This document shows positions 51,301 to 60,536 of a stretch of 64,000 nucleotides of DNA, in pieces. The position numbers were made by a program, and so were the translations under genes. The DNA lies in contig JAFSQD010000027.1 in assembly GCA_017446765.1 (NCBI GenBank), positions 2,772 through 66,771 of the forward strand, given 5' to 3'. Position 1 is the first letter of the stretch. Every line of letters starts with the position of its first letter. Under the pieces are notes generated by a model. The model was not told where the DNA came from, did no database searches, and worked only from the letters and a program-made list of their open reading frames with translations. This DNA is from Alloprevotella sp. Its GTDB lineage: Bacteria; Bacteroidota; Bacteroidia; Bacteroidales; Bacteroidaceae.

Positions 51301-52506
51301 CCCAACATCTGGATTGGAGGTCGCCAGATCACTGCGCCCTACATCTATGACGGACAGACTCCCAAGGCAGGCTATTGCCATTTCGACTTCCGCTTCAACG
51401 AATTTACGTTCAACAACTTCCGCTGCGTGACAGACAACGGGCCCGCCCTACTCTACAAGATTGAAAACAACATGAGCGACGAGAACTATTACGCCCCTGT
51501 CTTCCACTTCAAAGGTACGAACACGTTAGCCGGTAGCAGCGCAGGAATCATGGTGGGCATAAACTACGACACGGAGTACGAGGCCTATCCTTCCACAGAA
51601 TTCGTAATGGATTCCGAAGGTGCTTCTGCCACACTCAACATCAATGCCACCAACGGCCATGCCATCTACTTCACCACTCCCGACTGGTCGCAATTGGCTT
51701 TTGAAGACCTTGACATCACACTAAAGGGACAAGGTGCTATCGGTGCCAGCGGCAACGCCATGGAAATCTACTTAGAGAATTGCAACCTGAGTGCCTACAA
51801 CACAAGCGACGGGACAGATTCAACCACGGGAGCTCCCGTGCCTACGATTGGCTATTTCGACGAATTTGAACTTTCTGATTGTTCGTTCACCCAGGCCGGT
51901 GTACACTACGACAGTTCCCTTGGCTGCGTGGCCGATGCCTCAGGGGCTCCCATTACAGGGACTGTGCTCATTCGCAGGGATAGTGAAAGCGGCACAAGCG
52001 AGCAACCCTACGGACAGACACTCGACGTCGTGCTCCGCGATAGAATGAGCAGCAGCGAGATGAGCACGCTGGAACAGGCTGGCCTCTTCTTGGTCGAGCG
52101 CCATCTGGACGTAAACGGCTACATGGGCAATGCCACCACCAGGTACAACACCTACTATCGAAAGTCAGACCACAAGGAACTCTTCAGTGCGAAGGAAGTC
52201 TTCGATGGAAACACGACGTATTATCTGGCGGCCGACGTGGAGACGAAGGATATCATCAACATCGACATCACTGCCTCCGACCGCGATATGGTGAACATGA
52301 TGTATGGTGCCGACGTGACCGACCTCTTGAGTCATTACGACCATGTCCGCCTTCTGTTCGCCGTGCCTAATGCCATAGAAGGTGTGACCGTCGCAGGCCC
52401 CGGCACTGACAGCACGTTCTACATGCTCGATGGCCGCCGCACACAAGGCCGGCCTAAGAAACCCGGCATCTACGTCCACGACGGAAAGAAAGTATTACTC
52501 CGTTGA
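48397..52506 (+). CDS. Large T9SS-secreted surface protein with BspA-type LRRs and repeated beta-rich modules
   Basis: Signal peptide; LRR_5 repeats (LPDHLASIGENAFAGC, LPASVSSIGDGAF); four modules starting YDPDTRTFHL / WDPDRNVLTM / YLNADKLLML / FDFRFNEFTF; CTD YMLDGRR...GIYVHDGKKV. Promoter TACTTTTG at 48333-48340. Confidence 0.8.
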   Translation: MTSMRFKSVFGSIVMMLLGCVGAQAADGDKWQETQQGRKFWFRVVSERDATVAYSTTGKDMPQTEDFNYLGGRVAHNGKTYTAVAVDENAFRGNVKLSAVRFDVTVASIGATAFYNCPMLEKVVLPDHLASIGENAFAGCVRLGNFELPASVSSIGDGAFTLCSSITAFEVAADNKTFVARDGVLYRGTKLLQYPLAKSVARYAIPYGTTAIGAEAFYGSTKLEELHVPGTVRAVGDFFAAKCKVLTDVYLHWNLETMPKTLYQNFSRWDGDDSLLTLHVPVGWSYLYTGAQFSNFGKVVEWDAELPDEWCGQKVKYSEYAHITRNVGKGRVTYDPDTRTFHLDGAKVEYGEKGKSIIAFHDEDVIDCNGSIGVTGTNSLAVGVKDGTSLQSMSALDLTGTVTVFSENDKDTSHPRLDINVNEDYGMCIKMHAKSELEWRDVDFAFTCRAYHTKEYNPHAIAYAASTESAAEGTFSVLVEGCSGTMDAPYSVMDGLKSFHTDAQVVQPEGGVEVSGREHGQLVQKGTSAAVKHLELLFNNGQPTFDKKILTRGEQTLPNSTGTIVWDPDRNVLTMKSLNAKGDYGFFFPENTSIVVEGACKLTSTRNAFTSPEEIIATGKGSLEINSGANGFQVSSLELQEGSYTITALGNAICGYSEKDKGWAAIETETTLKNVMGKNSNTPVVANMRFVTDNSSAASIITNNPENQYYIQEAYYFDDEQGTLVAALDGQPVKDEVHYKKGTTLGYERYPLSVAGIPVSNLNGFHITKGVTYLNADKLLMLNNCNIEIPTQLSNARGIFVEPNFGERLRIWVKGDCHIGYSGTASNHQSIYINGQTHVILSGVSDNVTLGGTVVEQYDKLTLDNDREKTLSIALVNGARLDIENLNVEATAPVSDLSDNCMLILYHADLSVMPRSGGYAPLYVKKFQSFYANPKNKNLKFDEEKGIFVDTTNPSARFSAYLEINRRHPNIWIGGRQITAPYIYDGQTPKAGYCHFDFRFNEFTFNNFRCVTDNGPALLYKIENNMSDENYYAPVFHFKGTNTLAGSSAGIMVGINYDTEYEAYPSTEFVMDSEGASATLNINATNGHAIYFTTPDWSQLAFEDLDITLKGQGAIGASGNAMEIYLENCNLSAYNTSDGTDSTTGAPVPTIGYFDEFELSDCSFTQAGVHYDSSLGCVADASGAPITGTVLIRRDSESGTSEQPYGQTLDVVLRDRMSSSEMSTLEQAGLFLVERHLDVNGYMGNATTRYNTYYRKSDHKELFSAKEVFDGNTTYYLAADVETKDIINIDITASDRDMVNMMYGADVTDLLSHYDHVRLLFAVPNAIEGVTVAGPGTDSTFYMLDGRRTQGRPKKPGIYVHDGKKVLLR

Positions 52507-52565
52507 GTCGTGTTTGCACGCTCAAACGAAGTACAGACAAGGTTGTGTGACGTCTGAGGCGATAC

Positions 52566-53615
52566 TTACTCCCCTTCCACTCCTCGAGAGACGGAAGGGG
52601 AGTTTTCTGCTGTGTCGCTCATGTGCTCCATCATTGAGCGGACATCGGCCTGTATGCGCTGATAGAGAGGGCAGTCTACATAGCCGAGGTGACGGCGCAA
52701 CGACTGGTCGATGGTGGAAGTGCTGTGCTGGTAGGAGGAGAGTTCGTTTTGCTCCTGGGTGGCATGTACGGCAAGGTTGCGTATCTCGCGCTCGCGTTCG
52801 CGGCGCAGCCGCTCGCCTACACAACCGAGCAGGGGGGCTACGACGCCGTCGTAGAGGTCGTGGCCTCGCATGAAGAGGTAGGCAGTCTGGGGCGTTGCAC
52901 CGAGGCGCAGCATCTGCGCACGCAGGGGCTTGTAGGTTTTCTTTCCTTCGGGAAACTCCTTCTGCAGTCGTGCTATCTTCGCATTGACGCGATGGCGCAG
53001 TTTCTCAAGGCTCAGCTCTGGATGAAAGATGTCGGGCTTTGGAATGGCCACGATGTTATAGAAATCGCTAAGGGAAAAGAGCTTGTGCTTCCCGTAGCGA
53101 TAGCACCACACATTCCACACGAGCAGTGGCCAGATGGTCTCGCTGTACTGCCGCATGAACTCCTCGAAGGGAAAAAGCCGACGATCGTTGAGGGTGGCCA
53201 TCACGCACACGTTTTGCAGGGACGGCGCATAGCACTGGAAACTCTCGATGGCGTAGGCGTAGGTGTGAAATACGTAGGGCGAGGAGCATACCTGCATGCT
53301 CAGCTCGGTGGCTCCCTGCAGGAGGTAGTCGTAGTCGGCATCGACGCAGGCAATCATGTATTCGCCCAGTTGATGGCCCAGGTGGTTGGCAATGGCCGAG
53401 CGCTTCCCTTTCTGCAGCGAGCGGCGAGAAGGCAGCATGACTTCGAAATACACCTTTTCCGTCTCAAGGGGGCGCAGGAGGTTGCTCCAAAAGAATACGT
53501 CGTCGAAACTCTCCACGTAGGCCACAATTCGCCTGCGTGCTTTCTTCCCCATCAGCCGGTTGGCGGCCTCGATGTAGGAGGAGTTCAACTGTTCTCTGAG
53601 CGTGCCACGTTTCAT
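52566..53615 (-). CDS. DUF4435 TOPRIM-like protein (AriB-like)
   Basis: Start MKRGTL overlaps the upstream stop (TGATG). IVAYVESFDDVFFW (TOPRIM Glu), ACVDADYD (DxD), TYAYAIES, MRGHDL. Confidence 0.82.
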   Translation of the reverse strand: MKRGTLREQLNSSYIEAANRLMGKKARRRIVAYVESFDDVFFWSNLLRPLETEKVYFEVMLPSRRSLQKGKRSAIANHLGHQLGEYMIACVDADYDYLLQGATELSMQVCSSPYVFHTYAYAIESFQCYAPSLQNVCVMATLNDRRLFPFEEFMRQYSETIWPLLVWNVWCYRYGKHKLFSLSDFYNIVAIPKPDIFHPELSLEKLRHRVNAKIARLQKEFPEGKKTYKPLRAQMLRLGATPQTAYLFMRGHDLYDGVVAPLLGCVGERLRREREREIRNLAVHATQEQNELSSYQHSTSTIDQSLRRHLGYVDCPLYQRIQADVRSMMEHMSDTAENSPSVSRGVEGE

Positions 53616-54442
53616 CAGTCCACGGTGATGTCGCCCACCTCGGTCACGCAGTCCATCCATCCGTCCATGATGACACCGGGAGCATGCGTAGTGAGGATGA
53701 TTTGTGCATGGGGATTGAGTTCGCGCACGTAGGCTACAAGCACCTGCTGCCACTCGACGTGCAGGCTGGCTTCGGGCTCGTCCATGAAGAAGACGTAGGG
53801 CTGGTTGTCCTCCGTCAGGGCCGTGAGAAGGATGAGAAGCATCTGCTTCTCGCCGCTGGAGAGCACATAGGGCGTGATGTATTCGTCGTATTGGCGGAAG
53901 CGCATCTCATTGGACGTACGGTCGAGTTTCTTCCCGGTCTGCGAAAAGAGTTCGTCCACGATGTCCTGGAAGCGCGTCTTTGCCGCCGATGCGGCCACGG
54001 CTTGTGCGTGCCCGTCGGGAGCACCGCTTGTGAGGAGCTGCACCATGCGGTTGCCCACGTTCACCTGATAGTCCAGATACCGCCTCTGCATGAGGTAGAG
54101 CTGCCAGTCGAGTTCAGTAACGATGTGTGTTCCGGGCAGTTCGGGCATGCCCTCAGCCTGTACCAGTTGGCGGTCAAAACTGCGGATGATGTCATAGCGT
54201 ATGCTCTCGGCGTCGTCGGGGTCGAAGTCAATGGTGACGCCGAATTGCGGATTCTGCTGCAGTTCGCCCGTGGTAGGCCGTGTGCGCAGTTGCCGGATGA
54301 GTCGGTTGAGGATGGTGCTCTTGCCCTCTCCGTTACGCCCTGAGAGGATATTGACGTCGGGGTTCAGTTCCCAGCGTATGTGCTTCCGACCTCGCCACAG
54401 GCTGGGAATCTCAATACGGACGATGTGGTTGGCGTACTTCAT
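53615..54442 (-). CDS. ABC-type AAA_21/AAA_15 ATPase (AriA-like)
   Basis: Walker A GRNGEGKST, signature LSSGEKQ, Walker B FFMDEPEASLH, H-loop TTHAP. No permease partner. Confidence 0.88.
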   Translation of the reverse strand: MKYANHIVRIEIPSLWRGRKHIRWELNPDVNILSGRNGEGKSTILNRLIRQLRTRPTTGELQQNPQFGVTIDFDPDDAESIRYDIIRSFDRQLVQAEGMPELPGTHIVTELDWQLYLMQRRYLDYQVNVGNRMVQLLTSGAPDGHAQAVAASAAKTRFQDIVDELFSQTGKKLDRTSNEMRFRQYDEYITPYVLSSGEKQMLLILLTALTEDNQPYVFFMDEPEASLHVEWQQVLVAYVRELNPHAQIILTTHAPGVIMDGWMDCVTEVGDITVD

Positions 54443-55104
54443 AGTTTATTCCAAATATCCCCTTCCGGATAGGGAGCCACCACCTCTATGCTCACGTGGC
54501 TCACGGGGTGTTCAAATGCGATGCTGCGGGCATGCAGGCTGATGCCGCCGTCGGGATTGCTTCGCGGAGCGCCATATTTCAGGTCGCCCTTCACGGGGCA
54601 GCCGATGGCCGCCAACTGACAGCGTATCTGGTGGTGGCGCCCCGTGTGGAGGTTTACTTCGAGAAGCGAATATCGTTCGCCGCGCGCAAGGAGTTTGTAG
54701 TCCAGCACGGCACGCTTGGTCTCTGGGCGTTCGCGGTCGTGAGCATAGGCCTTGTTCTGCCGCTCATTGCGCGAAAGGTAGTGCACGAGTTCGGCCTCCG
54801 GCTGATCGGGCACTCCGCATACGATGGCGTGGTATACCTTCTTCACCTTTCCGTCGCGAAACATCCGGTTGAGACGTTCCAGGGCCTTACTGGTACGCGC
54901 AAACACGCACACACCGCTCACGGGACGGTCCAGCCTGTGAGGGATGCCGAGATATACCGCACCAGGCTTGGCGCAGCTTTCCTTGATATAGGCCTTCACG
55001 TCATCGGCCAGCGTGCGGTCGCCGGTCTTGTCACCTTGGACGATGTCGCCGACGGCCTTGCTGACGATGATGATGTGGTTGTCTTCGTAGAGAATGTGAG
55101 GCAT
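54439..55104 (-). CDS. RluA family pseudouridine synthase
   Basis: ILYEDNH, HRLDRPVSG, LHTGRHHQIR, GDLKYG, LHA; no S4 domain. Confidence 0.93.
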   Translation of the reverse strand: MPHILYEDNHIIIVSKAVGDIVQGDKTGDRTLADDVKAYIKESCAKPGAVYLGIPHRLDRPVSGVCVFARTSKALERLNRMFRDGKVKKVYHAIVCGVPDQPEAELVHYLSRNERQNKAYAHDRERPETKRAVLDYKLLARGERYSLLEVNLHTGRHHQIRCQLAAIGCPVKGDLKYGAPRSNPDGGISLHARSIAFEHPVSHVSIEVVAPYPEGDIWNKL

Positions 55105-55131
55105 ATCTTAGTGAAGACTTGTATTGGGGGT

Positions 55132-55283
55132 GTTATTCGCCTCGCCTACTCATGACATGTAATGCTTTTGCATCGTTATTCGCCTCGCCTACTGCGAACC
55201 GCCCTTCGTCGCACTTTGCGCGGCGGGCCGACCATCGCAGCGAGGCTCATGAACATGTGATGCTTTTGCATCACATGTTCATG
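55132..55283. repeat. Composite intergenic repeat with inverted duplication of the fabG 3' end
   Basis: 16-bp perfect stem at 55248-55263/55268-55283 covering the fabG stop. 19-bp direct repeat GTTATTCGCCTCGCCTACT at 55132-55150 and 55175-55193. Confidence 0.8.
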
Positions 55284-56029
55284 CCGCCATCCACCTGTAT
55301 GACTTGTCCGGTGACGTAGCTTGAGAGGTCGCTGGCAAGGAATGTCGCCACGTTGGCAATGTCTTCCGTCTGTCCGCCACGACGCAGGGGAATCTTTGTC
55401 ATCCAGTCTTTTCTTACCTCTTCGGGCAGGGCTGCCGTCATGGCCGTCTCGATGAAGCCCGGGGCTATGGCATTGGCGCGCACGCCGCGACTGCCGAGTT
55501 CCTGAGCCACGCTCTTTGCAAGGGCAATGAGTCCGGCCTTCGAAGCGGCATAGTTGGCCTGTCCGACATTGCCGTGAACGCCTACCACGCTGGCCATGTT
55601 GATGATGGAACCACTGCGCTGACGCATCATGACGGGTGCGCATGCGTGGCAGAAGTTAAAGGCACTCTTGAGGTTCACGTTGAGCACAGCATCCCATTGC
55701 TGCTCGGTCATGCGGATGAGCAGACCGTCCTTGGTGATGCCGGCATTGTTCACGAGGATGTCAATGCGTCCGAAGTCCTCATGGATCTTTTTCACTACAG
55801 CCTCTGTTTCCTCGAAGTTTGCAGCATTTCCCGCATAGGCGCGGCAGGTGACGCCCACTGCCTCTATCTCCTGACGGGTGGCTTCAAGTCCTGCTGCCAT
55901 CTCGTCGTTGAGGACGAGGTCGGTGAATGCAATGTTGGCGCCTTCTGAGGCAAACTTCAGTGCTATGGCCTTACCGATGCCACGGGCTGCACCCGTGATG
56001 AGTGCGGTCTTTCCTTCTAACAGTTTCAT
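55271..56029 (-). CDS. fabG: 3-oxoacyl-ACP reductase
   Basis: TGAARGIG, LVNNAGIT, NYAASK, APGFIET, QVDGGM. Confidence 0.95.
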   Translation of the reverse strand: MKLLEGKTALITGAARGIGKAIALKFASEGANIAFTDLVLNDEMAAGLEATRQEIEAVGVTCRAYAGNAANFEETEAVVKKIHEDFGRIDILVNNAGITKDGLLIRMTEQQWDAVLNVNLKSAFNFCHACAPVMMRQRSGSIINMASVVGVHGNVGQANYAASKAGLIALAKSVAQELGSRGVRANAIAPGFIETAMTAALPEEVRKDWMTKIPLRRGGQTEDIANVATFLASDLSSYVTGQVIQVDGGMNM

Positions 56030-56122
56030 TATATTATCGTTTTTAGGTCTTTGAGTCTTTTGTTCTTTTATGAAATGGTCGGGGTGGAGGTGTTTGAGGG
56101 TCGGGGCTGGGTTTCCCGCATT

Positions 56123-56716
56123 TTACGCCATACTGATGTTTCCCAAGACACGGCGAATGATGCCCATGACGATGGGTTGGCTCTCCTCTTCGGTGAGGCC
56201 ACGCCCCAGGCGGTCGTAGATGTAGGGCACTTCGAGACCCTTTGTGGTATAGAGGATGATATCGGTCAGGAGTCCGACGTTCTCAATGTGGAATTGACCG
56301 AGCTCGATGCCTTCCTGCAACACGCGGCGTATGATGTCACGTTCTTCGGCGTCAAAAGGCTTGCGCACTTTCTCCACCATCCATATGTTGCGGAAAAACT
56401 CCGCCCGAAGCGACCCGTTGCGCCCCACCGTCTCCTTGATCATCCTCAGATGGGTATAGATGAGCAGGAGTATTTTTTGGTCGGGACCTATCGTGAGGCC
56501 AGCCACGCGGTCCATCTCCTCCGAGAGTCTTTCCAGCTCGCTTTGGATGACGGCATAGTAAATTTCTTCCTTGTTCCGGAAATACGTGTAGAGTGTACGA
56601 CGTCCACGCTCCGAAGCCTGAGCGATGTCGTTCATCGTCGTTGCCTCAATTCCCTTGCGTGCAAAGAGTTCGCGGGCTACGTCCACGAGCTTCTGGCGGG
56701 TTTTCACAATTGACAT
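56123..56716 (-). CDS. TetR/AcrR family regulator
   Basis: ARELFARKGIEATTMNDIAQAS..GRRTLYTYFRNKEEI. Confidence 0.92.
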   Translation of the reverse strand: MSIVKTRQKLVDVARELFARKGIEATTMNDIAQASERGRRTLYTYFRNKEEIYYAVIQSELERLSEEMDRVAGLTIGPDQKILLLIYTHLRMIKETVGRNGSLRAEFFRNIWMVEKVRKPFDAEERDIIRRVLQEGIELGQFHIENVGLLTDIILYTTKGLEVPYIYDRLGRGLTEEESQPIVMGIIRRVLGNISMA

Positions 56717-56847
56717 TTTATCTCGATTTAGTTCCTTCTATGGCCCCAACTGTTCTTGCCATGGCTTGGACAGTAGAACTTCCCCTGTCCTTCTGGCTTA
56801 ACGGAAACGGTTTCTTGTCGCACCCGTTCTTTATGTGTGCAGTGCCG

Positions 56848-56938
56848 CAAAAGTAGTAAGACTTTGCTTATTATGCAAAAAAAAATTGCACAAAGTACCC
56901 ATTGTGTGCCAAAAGAAAGAAAAAAATACGTACTTTTG
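56848..56938. promoter_or_regulatory. Divergent promoters (tetR operon / Sel1 gene)
   Basis: Minus strand: -7 TACTTTTG at 56848-56855 with -33 TTTG at 56876-56879 (20-nt spacer). Plus strand: TACTTTTG at 56931-56938. Confidence 0.65.
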
Positions 56939-56972
56939 CCGCAAATCAAAACCCACGGACAACGTTACGACA

Positions 56973-58298
56973 ATGCATCCCCCTCAACTTTCCCTACTGC
57001 TAATGGTACCCATGACGCTATGTTCATTGCTACTTCCCACGCACGCATGCGCACAGAAGAGCGTGACTGAAATCATGAGACTGGCCTCCGACGGCAACAG
57101 CGAGGCACAATACGACCTGGGCTGTCGGCTCCTTTTTGGCGAAGGCATTCCTCAGGATAGTGCGAAAGCCATCAAGTACCTCACCCTCTCGGCCGACGCC
57201 GGATACGCTAAAGCGCAGAATGCCATGGGCTGGGCCTACCGAGACGGCGACGGCGTGGAGAAGAACCTCGATAAGGCTGTTGCTTATTTTGAAAAGGCTG
57301 CCCAGCAGGGCGACGTCGAGGCCATGGAGCAGCTGGGCGAACTATACGATGACATCAATAATCCCTTCTGGAGCGGTTCGCAGTCTAAGGAATGGTACAA
57401 GCGGGCCGCAGAGGCGGGCAGCGAAAAGGCTCGGGTAAAAGTAGCCTTGAACAAACTCAGCTCATACAGTAAAAAAGACGAACAGGAGGAGGGGCTGAAA
57501 GAACTTCTTGACTTGGCTGATGGCGGGAACACCGATGCCATGGTGGAAATGGGACATGCCTACTTCGACGGACGAGGTCCCGTCAGCCAGGACCGCAAGG
57601 CAGCCGTCAGCTACTACCTTCGGGCTGCCGAAGCAGGCAATTCGCGCGGCATGATGTGCATGGGCACATGCTATCGCGACGGCAAGGGCGTACCGATGGA
57701 CAGCAAGGAGATGACACGATGGTTTGCCCGTGCCGCCGAAGCCGGCAACACAAATGGCATGTATTTCTACGCCAACAGCCTGGCCGGAGGCTACGGAAGC
57801 CAAAAGGACCTCGCCGAAGCATGGACATGGTATGAGCGTGGAGCCCAAAAGGGCGAAGACCGCTGCCTGACACAGATGGGCGAATGGCTGCTGAAGGGGA
57901 CAAACGGCACGAAAAACGTCCAAAAGGGCATTGCCTACCTGCGCCAAGCTCTTGACCATCGCAACGGAAAGGCAGCCCGCCTGCTGGGCGAATGCTACCG
58001 CGACGGCGTGGGTGTCAAGAAGAATATGGAGAAGGCGCGCGAAATGTGGACCCTCGCCTACGAGTACCAAGACCGCACAGGGGCTGAACTCCTCGCCCAC
58101 GCGCTCGAAGACTATGGCGAGGAACTGGGAAAGAATGCACACAGCGAGGCCGACAGCCAAAAGGCACAGGAGTGCTTCGATCGAGCCACCAGCATCTGGC
58201 ACGACATCGTACGCTGGCACGACGAGGATCACCCCCTGCCCGTCAAGGAGAACCCCGACACCGGCGACTACGAGACCGACGAATACCTGACGTATTAA
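56973..58298 (+). CDS. Sel1-repeat (SLR) protein, secreted
   Basis: Signal peptide; repeats AQYDLG..GEG, AQNAMGWAYRDGDGVEKN..AVAYFEKAAQQG and similar. Confidence 0.9.
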   Translation: MHPPQLSLLLMVPMTLCSLLLPTHACAQKSVTEIMRLASDGNSEAQYDLGCRLLFGEGIPQDSAKAIKYLTLSADAGYAKAQNAMGWAYRDGDGVEKNLDKAVAYFEKAAQQGDVEAMEQLGELYDDINNPFWSGSQSKEWYKRAAEAGSEKARVKVALNKLSSYSKKDEQEEGLKELLDLADGGNTDAMVEMGHAYFDGRGPVSQDRKAAVSYYLRAAEAGNSRGMMCMGTCYRDGKGVPMDSKEMTRWFARAAEAGNTNGMYFYANSLAGGYGSQKDLAEAWTWYERGAQKGEDRCLTQMGEWLLKGTNGTKNVQKGIAYLRQALDHRNGKAARLLGECYRDGVGVKKNMEKAREMWTLAYEYQDRTGAELLAHALEDYGEELGKNAHSEADSQKAQECFDRATSIWHDIVRWHDEDHPLPVKENPDTGDYETDEYLTY

Positions 58299-58400
58299 AA
58301 AGGACAGCCGCACCCCGACCCTCCCCAAAAGGAAGGGAGGTAGGATAGTCGAGAGGCGAATGACAAGCCATAATACCTAAAAACCTAAACAACCAAAATA

Positions 58401-60509
58401 ATGCACAGACTCTTTACCCTATTTGCCGCCCTACTCATGGCATGCGCCACGTATGCTGACGGCGGCATGTGGTGGCTCCAGCTGATGGAGCAGCAACACT
58501 TGGCCGACTCCCTGCGAGCAGCTGGCCTACGTATGAACAATGACGAACTATTACGACTGCGCGACTGCGTAGGACAGTTTGGCGGCGGCTGCACCGCCGA
58601 GGTCATCTCCCACGACGGCCTCATCATGACCAACAATCATTGCGGGTACAGTTTCGTACACGCCATGTCGACCCTCGAGCAAAACTACCTCAAGGACGGC
58701 TACTTCGCAAAAAGCCGCGAAGAAGAGATACAAGTGCCAAGGCTCACGTTCTCCTTCGTCGTCGACATCGAGGAGGTAACTGAAGAAGTGAAAGCCGAAG
58801 CCAAACGTCAGGAAGCCGATGCCTACACGATGCAGTCGCGCCGATTCCTCAGAAGCATAGCCGAGAAGATGCAGCGCAAAACCGAACTGAAGGCCATGGG
58901 AGGCGTGTCCGCTGAGATTGTAAGCTTCTACGGAGGAAACCGCTTCTACGCCATCTACACGCAGACCTTCCGCGACGTGCGCCTTGTCGTCAACCCGCCC
59001 CTGAACGTAGCACAGTTTGGCGGCGACGGCGACAACTGGGTTTGGCCGCGCCACAATCCCGACTTCGCCATCTTCCGCGTCTACGCCACTTCCGAGGGCA
59101 AGCCGGCCGACTACAGCCAGACGAATGTCCCCCTCCATCGCGACCGATGCCTCCCGATCTCACTGAAAGGCTACGAGGAAGGCGACTTCTCCATGATCAT
59201 GGGATTCCCAGGCAGCACGAGTCGCTATCTCTCCGCATCCCAGCTGAAACACGAGATGGAGAACGTCTATCGTCCCATCGTCCTTGCCGGAGAGCCCCAG
59301 CTGGAATGGGAAAGAGACCAGATGGAACTCAGCGACAGCATGCGCCTCGCCATGCAGGATGACCACATGGGACTGCAAAACACGGTGAAGAACTTCGGCG
59401 GCGCACTGAAAGCCGTCGAACGCACACGCCTTGTCGACGAGCGCCGCGCTGCGGACGAAGCCCTTACACGCTATGGCCGCGAGAAGGGAGACAAAGAGCT
59501 GGCATCCGTCGTCCAAAAACTTGACGAACTCTACGCCACAAGTGCCGATACACTCTTCGACTTCATGCTCTACTATCGCACCCTGGGCACGGACGAAGAA
59601 CGCCGCCTCCCCGGCGAATTGCTGGATGCCTACTACGAGGCCCTGCGCAAAGGCGACATCAACCTGCGGGCGCAGGTGGGCGACACCCTGCTGAAGTATT
59701 TCGAGGCAAGCATTTCGGGCTTCGACCGTGGGCAGAATGCCTCGCGCATGGCCGTACTGCTACCCATATGGGCAGACAACTGCCGTCTGGAATCCTCGAA
59801 AAACCTGCTCATTGCCAATTTCGAGGGCATCATGTACCAATCCATCTTCCGCAGCAAGGACACGCTGAAGGAATTCCTGCGCAAGCCCACCATCGAGCGC
59901 TGGGTGGAAGACCCCATTTGGGTACAACACATCAGCGAAAAGACCACCATCCGCGAAAAGTACCTACCCTGCTACATGCGCGTCGGACGCCAGGAGGCAG
60001 AGCTCTCCCGCACCTATCAGCGCGGACTGATGGAGATGAACGGATGGTCGACGCCCCCCGATGCCAACTTCACCCAGCGCCTCACCTACGGACACGTAAA
60101 GGCATACTCCCCGCGCGATGCCGTCCACTATGACTACCGCACCTTCCTCGGAGGCATGTTTGAGAAGGAGAGCAAGACCGACCCCGACTATGCCGTCAAT
60201 CCCCGCGTCCGCGAACTCTACGACGCACGCCAGTTTGGCACCTATGCCAACAAGGAAGGCCGTATGCAGACCGACTTCCTCACCGACAACGACATCACGG
60301 GAGGCAACAGCGGAAGCCCCGTACTCAACGCCCGTGGCGAAATCATCGGCGTAGCCTTCGACGGCAACATCGAAAGCCTCTCCTCCGACTTCAAGTACGA
60401 CCCCCAGATGCAACGCTGCATCAATGCCGACATACGCTACGTACTCTGGACGCTCGACACCTTCGGCGGCAGTTCTTACATCCTTCCCGAACTCGACCTG
60501 CGCCGATAA
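58401..60509 (+). CDS. S46 family dipeptidyl peptidase (DPP7-like)
   Basis: DGGMW, GGCT, TNNHC, NWVWPRH..DF, PDANFTQRLTYG, DITGGNSGSP, AFDGN (Gly at the specificity position, as in DPP7). Confidence 0.92.
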   Translation: MHRLFTLFAALLMACATYADGGMWWLQLMEQQHLADSLRAAGLRMNNDELLRLRDCVGQFGGGCTAEVISHDGLIMTNNHCGYSFVHAMSTLEQNYLKDGYFAKSREEEIQVPRLTFSFVVDIEEVTEEVKAEAKRQEADAYTMQSRRFLRSIAEKMQRKTELKAMGGVSAEIVSFYGGNRFYAIYTQTFRDVRLVVNPPLNVAQFGGDGDNWVWPRHNPDFAIFRVYATSEGKPADYSQTNVPLHRDRCLPISLKGYEEGDFSMIMGFPGSTSRYLSASQLKHEMENVYRPIVLAGEPQLEWERDQMELSDSMRLAMQDDHMGLQNTVKNFGGALKAVERTRLVDERRAADEALTRYGREKGDKELASVVQKLDELYATSADTLFDFMLYYRTLGTDEERRLPGELLDAYYEALRKGDINLRAQVGDTLLKYFEASISGFDRGQNASRMAVLLPIWADNCRLESSKNLLIANFEGIMYQSIFRSKDTLKEFLRKPTIERWVEDPIWVQHISEKTTIREKYLPCYMRVGRQEAELSRTYQRGLMEMNGWSTPPDANFTQRLTYGHVKAYSPRDAVHYDYRTFLGGMFEKESKTDPDYAVNPRVRELYDARQFGTYANKEGRMQTDFLTDNDITGGNSGSPVLNARGEIIGVAFDGNIESLSSDFKYDPQMQRCINADIRYVLWTLDTFGGSSYILPELDLRR

Positions 60510-60536
60510 CACACACACGAGACAACCCATATAGCT

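Noticed and set aside
56888-56909. GCACA-N12-TGTGC as a TetR operator
   Set aside because: Only a 5-bp half-site match, which could arise by chance; it needs cross-species conservation to support it.
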